64,000 bases of DNA, from positions 75,155,143 through 75,219,142 of the forward strand of contig JAUZTB010000064.1 of NCBI GenBank assembly GCA_034780895.1, in the 5' to 3' direction. Positions 24,738-37,066 of the stretch are shown piece by piece. The notes under the pieces are model-generated. The model was not told the DNA's origin, searched no databases, and saw only the letters and a list, made by a program, of their open reading frames with translations. The number at the start of each line of letters is the position of its first letter. Position 1 is the stretch's first letter. The stretch is from Rhynchobatus australiae. Its lineage: Eukaryota. Position numbers and translations under genes: made by a program.

Positions 24738-25023
24738 AGTATTGTGTGCAATTCTGGGCGCCCCATTACAGGAAGGATATGGAGGCTTTGGCAAGGGTGC
24801 AGAAGGGGTTTACCAGGATCTGTCTGGATTAGAGGGTGTGAGGTTGGACAAACTTGGGTTGTTTGCTTTGGAGCGTCAGAGACTGAGGGGAGATCTGATA
24901 GGAGTTTGTAGGATTATGGGAGGTGTAGATCAGATAGACGATCAGAATCCTTTTCCTGCAGTAGAAATATCAAATACTAGAGGACATGCAGTTAAGGTGA
25001 GAGGGGGAACGTTTAAAGGAGAT
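24738..25023 (+). mobile_element. CR1 LINE fragment (ORF2 C-terminus)
   Basis: ORF 24742..: RLDKLGLFALERQRLRGDLIGVCRIMGG...SNTRGHAVKVRGGTFKGD. Confidence 0.9.
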
Positions 25024-25123
25024 NNNNNNNNNNNNNNNNNNNNNNNNNNNNNNNNNNNNNNNNNNNNNNNNNNNNNNNNNNNNNNNNNNNNNNNNNNNNN
25101 NNNNNNNNNNNNNNNNNNNNNNN

Positions 25124-25209
25124 TAATGAATTGATCTGTACGATCAGTATGCAAGACAAGTTTTTCACTGTACCTCGGTACAAGTGACAATAATAAACCA
25201 GTACCAATA
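25124..25209 (+). mobile_element. Rex1/Babar 3' tail
   Basis: ttgatctgtacgatcagtatgcaagacaagtttttcactgtacctcggtacaagtgacaataataaacca, homologous to 23815-23895. Confidence 0.85.
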
Positions 25210-25275
25210 TCACTTCCCTGCACCAACCATATTTATCACAATTCCCTTAATATCTAAAGATCTATCACTCTCTGC
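25210..25275 (-). mobile_element. CR1 3' tail, right half (continuation of 23151-23235)
   Basis: cacttccctgcaccaaccatat...attcccttaatatctaaagatctatcactctctg is the next segment of the CR1 tail (compare 16060-16115). Confidence 0.55.
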
Positions 25276-25449
25276 AATGAGGGTTGACCCAGTAAAGGTC
25301 AGACCCAAAGAGTAGTTAGAATGTGAAAGTTGGCACTGTGTGAGAAACTTAAGGCAAATAGTCTGGGGGAAGCTGGACAGATGCACACAAGAGAATGGAG
25401 CTGAGGAGATACTGACAGAGATGGATGAAGTAGGAGAGAGAGGAGGCTC

Positions 25450-25615
25450 AACAGTAACAAGTTGTGCTTATATAGTGCCTTTATAATGGTAATGTGACAC
25501 CCAGCACATAATATTAAATAATGGAAGAAGTAAATTCTAGGCAACAACTTCAAGGAGGTAAGAAAAGCAGTGGAGTGAAGAGATTTAATGAGGGAAATTC
25601 AGGGAGATAAAGGCA
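25450..25615 (-). mobile_element. L2 LINE 3' end, apparently resuming at ~26515-26580 after a CR1 insertion
   Basis: aacaagttgtgcttatatagtgccttt...tttaatgagggaaattcag; later ttgttgggctggaagaagttacagagatagg. Confidence 0.5.
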
Positions 25616-25659
25616 GTCTGTGGTGGAGCAATTAAGATTAGATTATAAGAGCAGATAAC

Positions 25660-26510
25660 ATGAAAAATTATGGTGTTGGTGACAGTGGGGAGGATAATCG
25701 GTTGAAAAGAAGATACTGGTGAACTGGTAAATTGGGCAGAGTAACAGCAGATGTAATTAAATCCCGATAAATGCAAGGTGATGCATTTTGGGAAGTCTTA
25801 AAGAGGAGGACACATAATTAATGGTAGGGCCTTGGAGAGTACTGAAGAACAGAGGGCCGGACCTTGGTGTACAAACCCACAGATCCCTAAAGCTGGCAGC
25901 ACAGGTGGATAAAGTGGTGAAGAAGGCATTCCCCAGCCAGGCATAAAATATAAGAGCATGGAGGTCATTGTACAACTTTCTAAAACTTTGCTTGGGCCAC
26001 GGCTGGAGCATTATGTACAGTTCTAGTTGCCACATATATACTGCCTTGATTGCACTGGAAAGGGTGCAGAGGAAATTCACCAGGATGTTTCCTGTGATGG
26101 AATTTTTCAGGGGCGAGACCGTGTAAACTGGATTTATTTTCCTTAGAGCGGAGGAGGACCTGACAGATTTATACAAAGTTATGAGGGGCATAGATAGTGA
26201 GAATTTTTCTTCCCATAGCAAGAGACATCTGAAACCAGAGGTCATTGGTTTAAGGTGAGGAGTAAGAGGGTTAGAGGGGATCGGGGGGGGGGGTGAACTT
26301 CACCCAAAGGATGGTTGCAATCTGGAACACATTGCCTGAGAAGGTGGTGGAGGCAGATACTCTGAGAACATTTATTAAGTATCCGGCTGAGCACTTGAAT
26401 CACCAAGGCACAGAAGGAGGCCACGGACCAAGTGAATGGGATTAGTATAGAGGAGTGCTTGATAGTCAGCATTAGCAAGGTGGCTGGCTTTTGTGTTGTA
26501 TGATTCCATG
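25660..26510 (+). mobile_element. CR1 LINE 3' portion, decayed
   Basis: aatcccgataaatgcaaggtgatgcattttggg (NPDKCKVMHFG), ctggaaagggtgcagaggaaattcaccaggatg (LERVQRKFTRM), tail ttgtatgattccatga. Confidence 0.9.
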
Positions 26511-29132
26511 AGCAGATAGCTCAAGGAGTGGGCGTGTTGTTGGGCTGGAAGAAGTTACAGAGATAGGATGGAGCCAGGGCAGGTTCAGCACATACACCAG
26601 CCTTAGCTGGATGGCCCACTTCCATGCTGTAAATGTGACATGATTCTACACCTACAGTCAGTGGTCTCAGGAAATGCTTTGGAATTTCAGTGGCAGTCTT
26701 CTGTTGCTCTGGGATGGATTCCATGTGGAACAAAAGGTCTGAATTAAGCAAGAGATTAGTGGCTGTGGTGATTTTGTTAATTAACATGGTTTGCCACAAT
26801 TTACTTCTGGCTCTCGGTCTGGGCTTTTGCAGTATCTGGAGGTTTAGTTACTCCATAATTGCATCAACCCTTTTCACCTTCCAGTCCAAACATTTCAGTT
26901 TGTGCCAATGTGCTGGCAATTTAAAATCCCACCGTTTCACTCAAGAAATTTAACGCATTAGCCAGAAATCTACACTGGCACATCAATGTGGTACAAAATA
27001 TTTGTAGAAACCACCCTGATCACAGAACAAGCAAAACTCTGTGGGCTGGAATTAAATGTGCAGTAACTGAGAGAGATTGCTCACTGGGCAGAACCAGTCC
27101 CAGCCACGTGTTGAATGGCTGCTAAGTGTTTCCAGGGCTTCCGGGAAGCTCTGGGGGGTAATTCTGATTAATGGTCTAACAATAGTCTTACTTGTGCCAA
27201 AGTGTAAGCTGAGCAGTAGCCAGTTGCCAGCCCATTTTACATCTTCTTGATTTTCATTCCTATCGACTTCAAAGCAAATTTGCGAGAGATGGAAATAACA
27301 GATTGGTATCGCACATTTTACACCATCGCACAATGTCAAAGTGATACCCACTGTCTGTACAATAAAACAAAATGAGCTTTAATAGGGATCACGGCAGCTG
27401 TCCCAAACTCTGCAACCACCCTCCTCCCCCAACTCTTGCCCAGATGCTTCCACTCTTGGTGGATGTGAATGATCCAGTTCTGTGGTGCAGACCTGGTGTG
27501 GAGTTCAAATGGTTTTGTAGCGTGAAGTAAATGGGGACATAACTATTAACTGGGCAGTGACTATTCATTATTTATCAAAACATGAGTGTAACATCACCTC
27601 AATGTCAAGGTTTTTCATCTCAGTTTTGACCATGGATCATAAATCACACAGGAACATTTTAGTGAAAGGCTGACCACGAACTGGAACCTTTGGCTTCTTC
27701 AGACTGTAATTCTGTTTATTTAACATTTGCATGTAGCTGTGACATGAGACTTACAGTGTTAGCATGTTCATATCATAATATCCAAAGCCCTTGCAGTGTG
27801 CTTTTCATGTTTCACAAGAATGCCTTCACAAAATGACATAATGATATGAAATTCCAACTCAAAACATGGCAATCTATTATTTATGAATTTATGACTGTAA
27901 AATATTAAATTGCTTATGACATTCAAATGTTTGATTAATCTCTGTTCTCTCAACTCCTACATCAATCAGTTCCTTTGGATCTCAGATTAATCCCCTGCTG
28001 CTCTGCTTCAGCTAATTCACCAATANNNNNNNNNNNNNNNNNNNNNNNNNNNNNNNNNNNNNNNNNNNNNNNNNNNNNNNNNNNNNNNNNNNNNNNNNNN
28101 NNNNNNNNNNNNNNNNNNNNNNNNNNNNNNNNNNNNNNNNNNNNNNNNNNNNNNNNNNNNNNNNNNNNNNNNNNNNNNNNNNNNNNNNGAGTCCAGAATT
28201 GACACTGTGTTGCTGGAAGCCGTTGGGAGAAGGTTTTACACTTAACACCTGTTGCTGACGTCTCCAGCTCCAGCTCCAGCCCCAGCCCCCGCCCCAGCCC
28301 CAACACCCCCCCCCCCCCAACCCAGTCCCAAATCACTGGAGAATGGAGGGGCTTCCCTGCCAAATTACAGGGAAAACACATTTTGATTTCTCTCGTAATT
28401 CATTACCAGCAACTTTAAAAATGATGCAATTTCATGATTACAGCTTTTGCAACGGCAACAGCGGTGGGAAACTGCACCAGAAGTTTGTTTTGAAAAGCAA
28501 GCATTAAAAAGGGAAAGGCTTTGAAAGTGGAACCAAGTTTGTACGAGTTATACTCCATTCAGGTTGTTTTCATTCATTACTGGCATTTTTCTTTTATTCT
28601 CTTGGAAGACTGCAACGTTCTCAGCTATTAGTGGAGCCCAGCTGCATACAGACTTAGCCATGCTAATCCAGTCAGTTCCCGCCTGACACATCAACGCAGG
28701 ACTTGGAGCTCACTATAATAGCCAGAGACGGCACAGCCACTCTAACCAATAGCCACTAATAGGGACGGTTACTTCAGACGAGAAAATAATTTGAAAGGAG
28801 AGAACTGAACATTTACGACTTTTTAAAAAAAGTCAATTAACCTAACTGGAGAAATAGGTTTTGAATTTCTTTTTTCCTGCAAGTGCGGAAATGTGTTTTC
28901 CCATTGAGAGAACATTTTTGAGGCTTACTTTCCTTAAATCTTTTTCTAAGAGGGAAGAAATACGTTTTCCTATTGAGACGACTTTTATTTGGTCTGCCAC
29001 ACTTAAGTGAGGCTTACTTTCATTATGTAGCCCCCAAAGGAGACAATGTATTTCAGAGTCTGAATAACAAAACGCCATTTAAAAAAAATATTCAGTTACC
29101 AACGCACAACATTCTTGTCTTTTTTTCAGCTC

Positions 29133-29134
<2 letters not shown>

Positions 29135-29175
<41 letters not shown>
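29135..29175. repeat. (TG)n microsatellite
   Basis: Direct reading. Confidence 0.98.
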
Positions 29176-29178
<3 letters not shown>

Positions 29179-31987
29179 TTAAAGAACATTAACATGTAAA
29201 GTGCCACAGAGGCAGGAATGGCAATCTTTCACTCCAAAAGGACACCTATCAAGCCTAGATGAAGCCAATGAACAATAGCTCAAAAAATCTGCAAGGTCCT
29301 TTCAAAAGATGGAAGTACTAGCACATAAAGAAATTAATTATTTTTGTTTCCTGCCCTGATGCAGCCTTCTTTGGGTCCAGAATATGATCTATTATTGCTC
29401 CCAGCAGCTGTAATCTCACTGGATCTATTGAGGATGCACTGAGTTGAATCATACGCTGTCTCTGGCCTTTGCCTTCACTATTACCACAGTGCCACTCCTT
29501 ACCTTCAGAAGTGCCTCGGTTGTGCATCACTGGTTAATTTGTGGAGGAACCTAATCCAATGTGTTAGGATCAGAGCCATTCCAAATTCCAGAGCTCCTTC
29601 CCCCTCCTTCACAAAAATTGTTGGCCCTGCTCCATTATTCACCAACTAAGAGCACCTACTCAGGGCAGCAAGGAAAAAAGAAAAATTAGGAGTCAGGTTG
29701 TTTTTGCCACCACATAAAAGCTACCTTGCCTCAGTCTCTCCCAACAAATACATTTTGGGGAACTACAACTTTAACTGATGCACTGATGTGGATGCAGTAC
29801 GTGTCGTCTCCGTAAGCTATCAGCGGCTATGCAAATGAACGCTAGCTGTTTTGTAATTCCAAGGTGTGCTTACCCNNNNNNNNNNNNNNNNNNNNNNNNN
29901 NNNNNNNNNNNNNNNNNNNNNNNNNNNNNNNNNNNNNNNNNNNNNNNNNNNNNNNNNNNNNNNNNNNNNNNNNNNTCCAAATAGAAAAAGGGGACAGTTT
30001 TTTATAAATGTACCAATGAATGTAAAGTTGTATCTGAAAAAGAAAATGTGAATAGGACAAACAATATAATTGCCAAGATAGTAGATCCAGCACTGTAGCT
30101 ATGATGGTAAACAAATTGGGAATAAATGGAATATTTCATTGGAGGCAAATCAATGAAAACGGTTAATATTGAGCAGAAAGAGGCCAAAGGCAGCTTAGTA
30201 TACTGGCAAATATCGCATTTTGTTAGGTGTCTTGGCAATTTACAACTAATTCATGTCAGTACAGCATGCATTGGGAATCCATGCATCAGTAATCTTTACA
30301 AGGCTACTTAAATAGTTCCAGCTCAATATCTCCAGGCTGTGAAACAACAATGATTACAATGCTGATCTGGTGCTCCAACAGATGGGAATACTTGAACTAT
30401 CCACCTGCAAATTCCAGATCACACTTAACACCACCTGAGGTTCATGCCCCCTACCATTTTATTAACTACAGTGATCATACCTGCCACTCAGGTCACTGAA
30501 CAAGTGACCACTTGGGACTGAATTGTTGAATGATGAAACTCTTTCAGCCATTTCAAAAACAAAATCATAATTTACAAGAAGTTGACAGGTTAGCGGTCTT
30601 GGTAATTTCGGCAGCCTCCTTTGCAGCATTTGTCAGGTCAGTCATCACAAAAGCACCTGGGCAGCCTCTCTGCTGACCCTACAGGTGTTCACCATTAGTT
30701 TCCCCCTGTCTAGGTGACTGCTCTGCCGACTGGGTTCTGCCCTACTGCACCGCCCTGTAATCATTCTCCTCTGAGTTGGCTCTCCACTTCAGAACTGTGG
30801 CATTAATCTTGTGCTGGGGTCTGCTGCACCCCAACCCCCCCCTCCCCCCACACCCTCTGCCTACCACAAGCACACCATTCAGCAGCAGTCTCTGCCTACT
30901 AGCAGTTCTCGTTCTCAGTATAAAGTCACTGCTTCGCCAGTTGTGTAGTCAGTAGATGCTCTATTACTGATCTATTGTAGATCCTCCCTACTACAAGTAT
31001 TACTGCTCACTGCCCAGCATCCACTGAGCAAAAGCCATTCTCCATCAGAGTGAGCTGAAAACAAAGTAAATTATGTTCAAAGTAATATATGAGCATACGA
31101 GATTTAGATCCTGTTCTGAAATCTTAGCAGCAATGTTTATTTTGATCAAATGTTGTCACTTTTTCCTTCATTCTTACAGTGCTCATTACACAGCAATGTG
31201 CAATGATCGTCATTTCACATAGAATAGGACTTAATTAGGGCTTGATAAGGTCAGTCACAGGACTGCTCCCCTGTGAAAAATAAAGTAATGATTGCCGCAA
31301 TTTACATTTTGTTTGGTTTGTAAATGTTGTCAGTGTTTCATTTTGAACAATCTGTACAAAATCAAAGTTCATCCACTAAATTATTCACGGCCATTCTCTG
31401 TGGCTCGCCTTTCTTTGTTTGCCACGAAATAATTAATAGGGGAAGATGAGGCGATCCTCTCAATTTAAAGTACTCCTGTGTATTTAATACAGTGCAGCCT
31501 GATGTTGGCTGCTGGCAATTGGGGTCCCAATGGTCACAGCAAGAGAGGAAGAATAATCGGGAAAACAATTTTGCTGATATCCGTTGAAGGAAGGGATCAG
31601 ACCAAGCCGCAATGCCTCTGAAGTAGAATAGACTGCTAGGGCATATCAACTAAGCTTATTCACAAGAAACTGATGCTTGGCAGATACACCAGAACCCTCC
31701 CAGTGACTGCGGAGATATACAAGGGATGTTTTTACAGAATCCCATTGCTGACGTGGCTCCCAAGGTACATTTTGGGACCACAGCTTGTGTTCACCAGGAT
31801 TTTGAATTGTGATTCTTTGTAGTTCCTAGTATAAGTCTGTACCCTTTAGGAAGGGAGAGGAGATAAAAAAAATATCAGAAACACCCCTGTTACAAAAATC
31901 ATAGAATAACATATGAATTCAACCTGGAGTGCCAAAAGTTAGGGTAATTCAGAATTGCAGGATGTGGTCAGTGTGCTAGCAGACTGT

Positions 31988-32641
31988 AGAACATGGAACA
32001 GTACAACATAGGAACAGGCCCCTCAGCCCACGNNNNNNNNNNNNNNNNNNNNNNNNNNNNNNNNNNNNNNNNNNNNNNNNNNNNNNNNNNNNNNNNNNNN
32101 NNNNNNNNNNNNNNNNNNNNNNNNNNNNNNNNTCAGTGTGCTAGCAGACTGTAGAACATGGAACAGTACAACATAGGAACAGGCCCCTCAGCCCACGATG
32201 TTGTCCCAAACTAATTAAACTAGCAACTAAATGCCCAACTAAACTAATCGCTTCTGCCTGCACAATGCCCATACCCCTCCATTCTCTACACATTCACGTG
32301 CCTATCTAAGAGCCTTTTAAAAGCCTCTATTGTACATGCCTCCACTACCACCCCTGGCAGCACATTCCAGGTACCCACCACTCTCTGTTTAAAAAATTTG
32401 TCCCTGTTGAACTTAGCCCCCTCACCTCCAGTATTAGATATTTCAATCCTGGATAAAAGATACCAGCTGTCGATTCTATCCATGCCTCTCAAAATCTTAT
32501 AAACTTCTTTTAGATCTGCCCTTAGCCTCCACTGCTCCAGAGAAAACAATCCAAGTTTGTCCAACCTCTCCGTGTAGCACATGCCCTCTAATCCAGGCAG
32601 CATCCTGGTAAACCTCTTCTGCACCCTTTTCAAAGCTTCCA
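31988..32641 (-). mobile_element. CR1 LINE 3' end
   Basis: ORF 32286..32642: EALKRVQKRFTRMLPGLEGMCYTERLDKLGLFSLEQWRLRADLKEVYKILRG...FFKQRVVGTWNVLP...AFKRLLDRH, plus agaacat-type tail. Confidence 0.95.
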
Positions 32642-34244
32642 AATCCTAAATTATTATTCAGATGTGGCATTCATCAGTGTTCTTTGATTTTTACATTTTA
32701 TCAAATCACAGCTTTAAGCATGTACTGTTTCACTGTGGTGTCAAAAATTAAACATTATTACAGAGTGAATGAACATCGTGGAATTACTTTATAGATAAAC
32801 AGCTGTATATACTAGTCAATCTTACAATTGACAGTGTTTACTGGTATTTATACAGCTAACAGTAATCATTCATTTCCACTGAAAGGTCTTATTTTCCAAG
32901 CCTTCGTCCAGTCGTTACTCACCTCAGAAGCACTCACGCCCCCCAAAACTGAAATGATTTCATCCATTTGAGCAGACTTTGGCACCCAAGGACTTTGGAA
33001 GCCTTGGAAGAGCTGCAGAAATATTCCACTGCTCAGAAAATCTAAATGAACATATCCTGAAGAAGACCGGGGAATTATTTTGAAAGCCTCATCCGTGGAA
33101 ACAGGAATGGGTAAAGCCATTGTAATAGAGCAGCATTACCATATGGGTAAAATCTGGTTTATTTCATCAAAGGCCGAGGGGATGCTGAAAGGGAAGAGTG
33201 CACACTAAAACCTGCTTCCGAGAAACAAAACCCTGATAAGATCAAATTACCAATGGAGACTCTGTTAAGTTAGCTTTGTAGTTGTTATATGGAACAGATA
33301 TAGGCACAGAAGTCATCAGCATGCACAATGAAAGCACTGAGGCAGAAGAATCATTGGAAAACTCTGGAGCAGTCAAAGCAGAAACCCTCCTACTGCTGGC
33401 TGATCTGACTACACTCCATATGGTGTTCTGCTCCACACTCGAGAGGCTGAGCGAAGAACACATCAAAGCAGCCAAAGATCATATTGACATCTGTTCAGAC
33501 ATGTCAATAACAGTCACAAGGCATTCAATAATGACCCTCAGATGGTTGGAGGAAAGTGAATTAATTCCCCTGAGAGGCTTGATTGGATTGGGTGTAAAAC
33601 AGCTACTTGGGATGTACACCTGAACCATTTTTTCCTTCCATTGCTGCTCAGTTACTGAAGGGAAAAATTTTGCAAAAAACTCCACAACATGAATATAGTC
33701 TCATGGATAACCTGTTCCACCAACAGATAACTATGCATAGGTATTTTTTGAAGGGGCTGTTAAGTCCAGGGGGTGGAACATACTTACATATCAGTGCAGA
33801 CTCAGAAGGTCTGGCTTGGTAGAACTTGACATTTTTCAAAACACTATTTGTAGATGTCTGTATCATGTCTATTCATATCTTACTAAACTTTACCTGAAGT
33901 GATAAAATGGTAAATAATTATACAGTCCTTTATTAATGGAATAAATAAGGTTTCAGAATTTGAATTAATTTTTCTCATTATTGACCTAAAGCCTATGGCA
34001 TTTCATGTGGTAGATATGTTAAATGTGTTTTAAATTTAATAAAGGCAATTGCATAAAGTCTTCATAAAGGAGGGAGAAGAGGAGGAGCAAGTTTTAAGTA
34101 ATTGCAACACATCCACTAGTTTTTATGGTGGGTTTTATCACACAACCCTGACATTTCACTTTGAGTGAAGAGCAGGGAGCATACGGGGGAGGGTGGAGAG
34201 TATAAGAAAAGAAATGAACTGGGCTGAGAGCTGTCAGTCACAAA

Positions 34245-34560
34245 TTTCAACGACTTACTTTCCTGTCCCATTTGTAGCTGGCCGATGATTCTGTGCGTGA
34301 AAGAATTTGAAAGAAAGCAATTGTTGCACTTACTGGTTAAAGACATGTTAACAGACGAGGCTTTCATGCAATGGGTCAAACACTTGTGGTTATCTATCAC
34401 CTGGGTACACCAGTGCTGCTTGGCAGAACGTACATCTGCACAAGGATGCCAGGCAGACAAGGTGCTTATTATTTGAGTCTGCCTCAGGGATATTAATTTG
34501 GGATACACTGAAAATAAGACCATGGTCTGGACATGTAAACCAGGCTGAATAAGTGAAGCA
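34245..34560 (+). mobile_element. Possible very old LINE RT remnant
   Basis: Fragments readable as FNDLL, ADDSV and a stretch resembling WQVTFAPxKCQA; highly decayed. Confidence 0.3.
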
Positions 34561-36032
34561 GATTTCGATATCAATGGCTCAAAAACTGGCCTTCTGCATA
34601 GCCTACCAATCTGAGGAGGTACGTTACTGACCAAATCATAGATGTGAATTGGAAAAATTATCATGGGGTTGAGATGGTGTTGTGCAATGTTAAGTGTACT
34701 GAAGAACCTTATATATGTACATATTAACCATTTGGGCAATGGCATTTTTAGAATATGATTTCACCCCAATTTTTTGAGAACTATAATTTTTATGGTCATT
34801 AAGTACTTTTGGATTGGGAATAAGGAACACAGAATAAAATTGGGAAGGAAGGGATGGAATACAACAAGGAAAGCTGAAATTCCTTCGAATGAAAACTTCA
34901 GTGAAAATGTCAGCATAAGAGCTCAAAATGACAAATTCTGCTTTGTCGTCATGACAATCCTTTCCTTGACAGATGGAATCCCACTCTTCCCCCACCTCCT
35001 CCTCAATGCTCCCTATCCCCTGCCTCCTGGGATTATCTGTCCCATCAACTTGGTGAAAAAAATGTTAATAATCTCGGTCTTTGCAGAGTTTAATAAATGT
35101 CACTCAAACTGGCACATGAACACAACTTTTCAGCCAGTGAATCTGTGAAATTTGAATTCACCTGCAAGAAAGGCTGCTCGTCACAATGTCGATGTAGTAG
35201 TGCTGCTTTAATATCCCTGAAGTCACTTACCAGACACAAGAGACCAAATGTTTAACAGACCATTTGTGGCTAGTGTAAAATTTGTAGAACGAGTGTGTAA
35301 ACAGCCAATTTCAATACAGGTCAGTGTGGTTTAAGCTTTGGTAGGTGAAATATAAAGGTCACCTGCTCCTTGTATAATGAGAGTCTAATTAAAGTAGGCG
35401 AGCAAAGGGACTCAGAGGCACAGATAAGTAAAAAGGACGTCAACAAAGCCATAACATCGACAAACAAGCTCTGGGATTCACTTCTGAAGAAATGGAATGA
35501 AAAAAAGTTTATTCCTCCCACAACTGAAATAATGCAAATATCCCTATGAAATCTTCCAAGCAACAAGAATTTAGTTTGGCTACTTTTCCCCTGTCGCCAT
35601 TCACTTTCCTCCCACTACATTGATTTAGCTAATTCAGTCATTCTTATTTATATGTGTACTGCACTGAAACAGGCAACCATTAAATGTGTTTAACTATAAT
35701 TCATACACAGTTTGGGCAACTTCAACTACTCACATAGTCAGCTTCACTCATGTGGATAGAATCCTTCCAAACTCTTTTCATGCAAATATATTGGCCTTGC
35801 CTTTTCATTATCAGAGGGTTGCAGAGCACCTTTAAGAAATATAGCCCATTTCCAGAGCAATATCCCTGATCTCAGTCAACCTTCTGGCCAGGGAGCCATA
35901 ATAATTGTTAGGGCAGGGTCACCAGGTGCAGTCAGTGAATACCACTGGAAAACTGAGCAGAGTACTGTTGTGGTAGCAGCCACAGAGCCTGCCACAGTCT
36001 TCATGCAGCCTGGCATCTTCATTTTAAATAAG

Positions 36033-36141
36033 AAGGTAGGCTTACACAGCTACTCAATTTTTAGTTAGCACTTCATACTCGCAGGTACTCCTTGAGTACC
36101 TCTTGCTCTCAGTCCTTAACTCTTTTCTCTCAGCCTGTACA
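36033..36141 (+). repeat. Direct repeat copy 1 (~108 bp)
   Basis: aaggtaggcttacacagctactcaatttttagtt...gagtacctcttgctctcagtccttaactcttttctctcagcctgtaca recurs at 36960-37066. Confidence 0.95.
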
Positions 36142-36959
36142 TCAGAGCCTCTGCTTGGTCCCATGGATAGAAATTGTGTGCAAGCCTTGACTTTTAAGAA
36201 GAGTTGCTGTAATTCTATCTGCAAATACATAAAGGCAGTGCATTTGATGTCACCAAGCTTTTTCTCCAATAAAAAAAGGGAGGAATACAATGAAATGCGT
36301 CGCCAAGCACTGTTCTCGTAATGTCAGTTTTGGATCTTTGGGAAAGCCGGTGGAACAGACCTAGAAAACTGAAAATAAAGTGCGGATCACCACATGTAAT
36401 GAATAATCATTTCGAGTACTTCACTGGTTCTGGCTAAGTCGTAAGTCGTCCTGAGCAAATATGCGAATGAGACTGACGCTGTTTCGTGTTAACAACTAAA
36501 GGAGCAGTCTGGGCAGACCCTGAATCCTGGAGGCTACTGCTTAACAAATAAACAGACTCAGCGCTTGCCTGAAAATTGCTACATTTATAAGAAATTACTA
36601 CTACATAATGGGCAGTGGTTTCATGCAGTCAGCGAAATAAATGACTTGCAGCAACTTCCTCTTTGGTTTTGATTTATTAAGTGAAGCTAGGACACTAAAG
36701 TTTGCACAGTTAGAGACTGCTTCGATCAAACCTGGGTTCCGTCTGTTCTATGTGGCTCAATACCAAAACAGTTTGCTTTCCTCTTACATCCTATAAAGTA
36801 TACGAAGCTGCTTCAAAGGTGTATTCCTACCCCCCTCCCCCACCCCATTAAATGGATTTATTTTCTTAATTCTGCAATTTACCTTAGAGGAATAAAAGAG
36901 CTTGAAGACAGTGGAGTACAATAAAGCAATGAAAAGTGAGCAGCAATACATCACCGATA

Positions 36960-37066
36960 AAGGTAGGCTTACACAGCTACTCAATTTTTAGTTGGCACTT
37001 CATACTCATAGGTCCTTTGAGTACCTCTTGCTCTCAGTCCTTAACTCTTTTCTCTCAGCCTGTACA
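36960..37066 (+). repeat. Direct repeat copy 2
   Basis: Near-identical to 36033-36141, with a few substitutions and a small indel. Confidence 0.95.

Noticed and set aside
31968-32197. ~65-bp direct repeat at the CR1 tail
   Set aside because: Identical flanks of a 100-N gap
33282-33623. 113-aa ORF with protein-like composition
   Set aside because: Non-ATG start, no recognisable domain and no convincing donor; cannot be supported without a search
34116-34745. 209-aa minus-strand ORF
   Set aside because: No recognisable motif; overlaps a probable decayed LINE on the other strand
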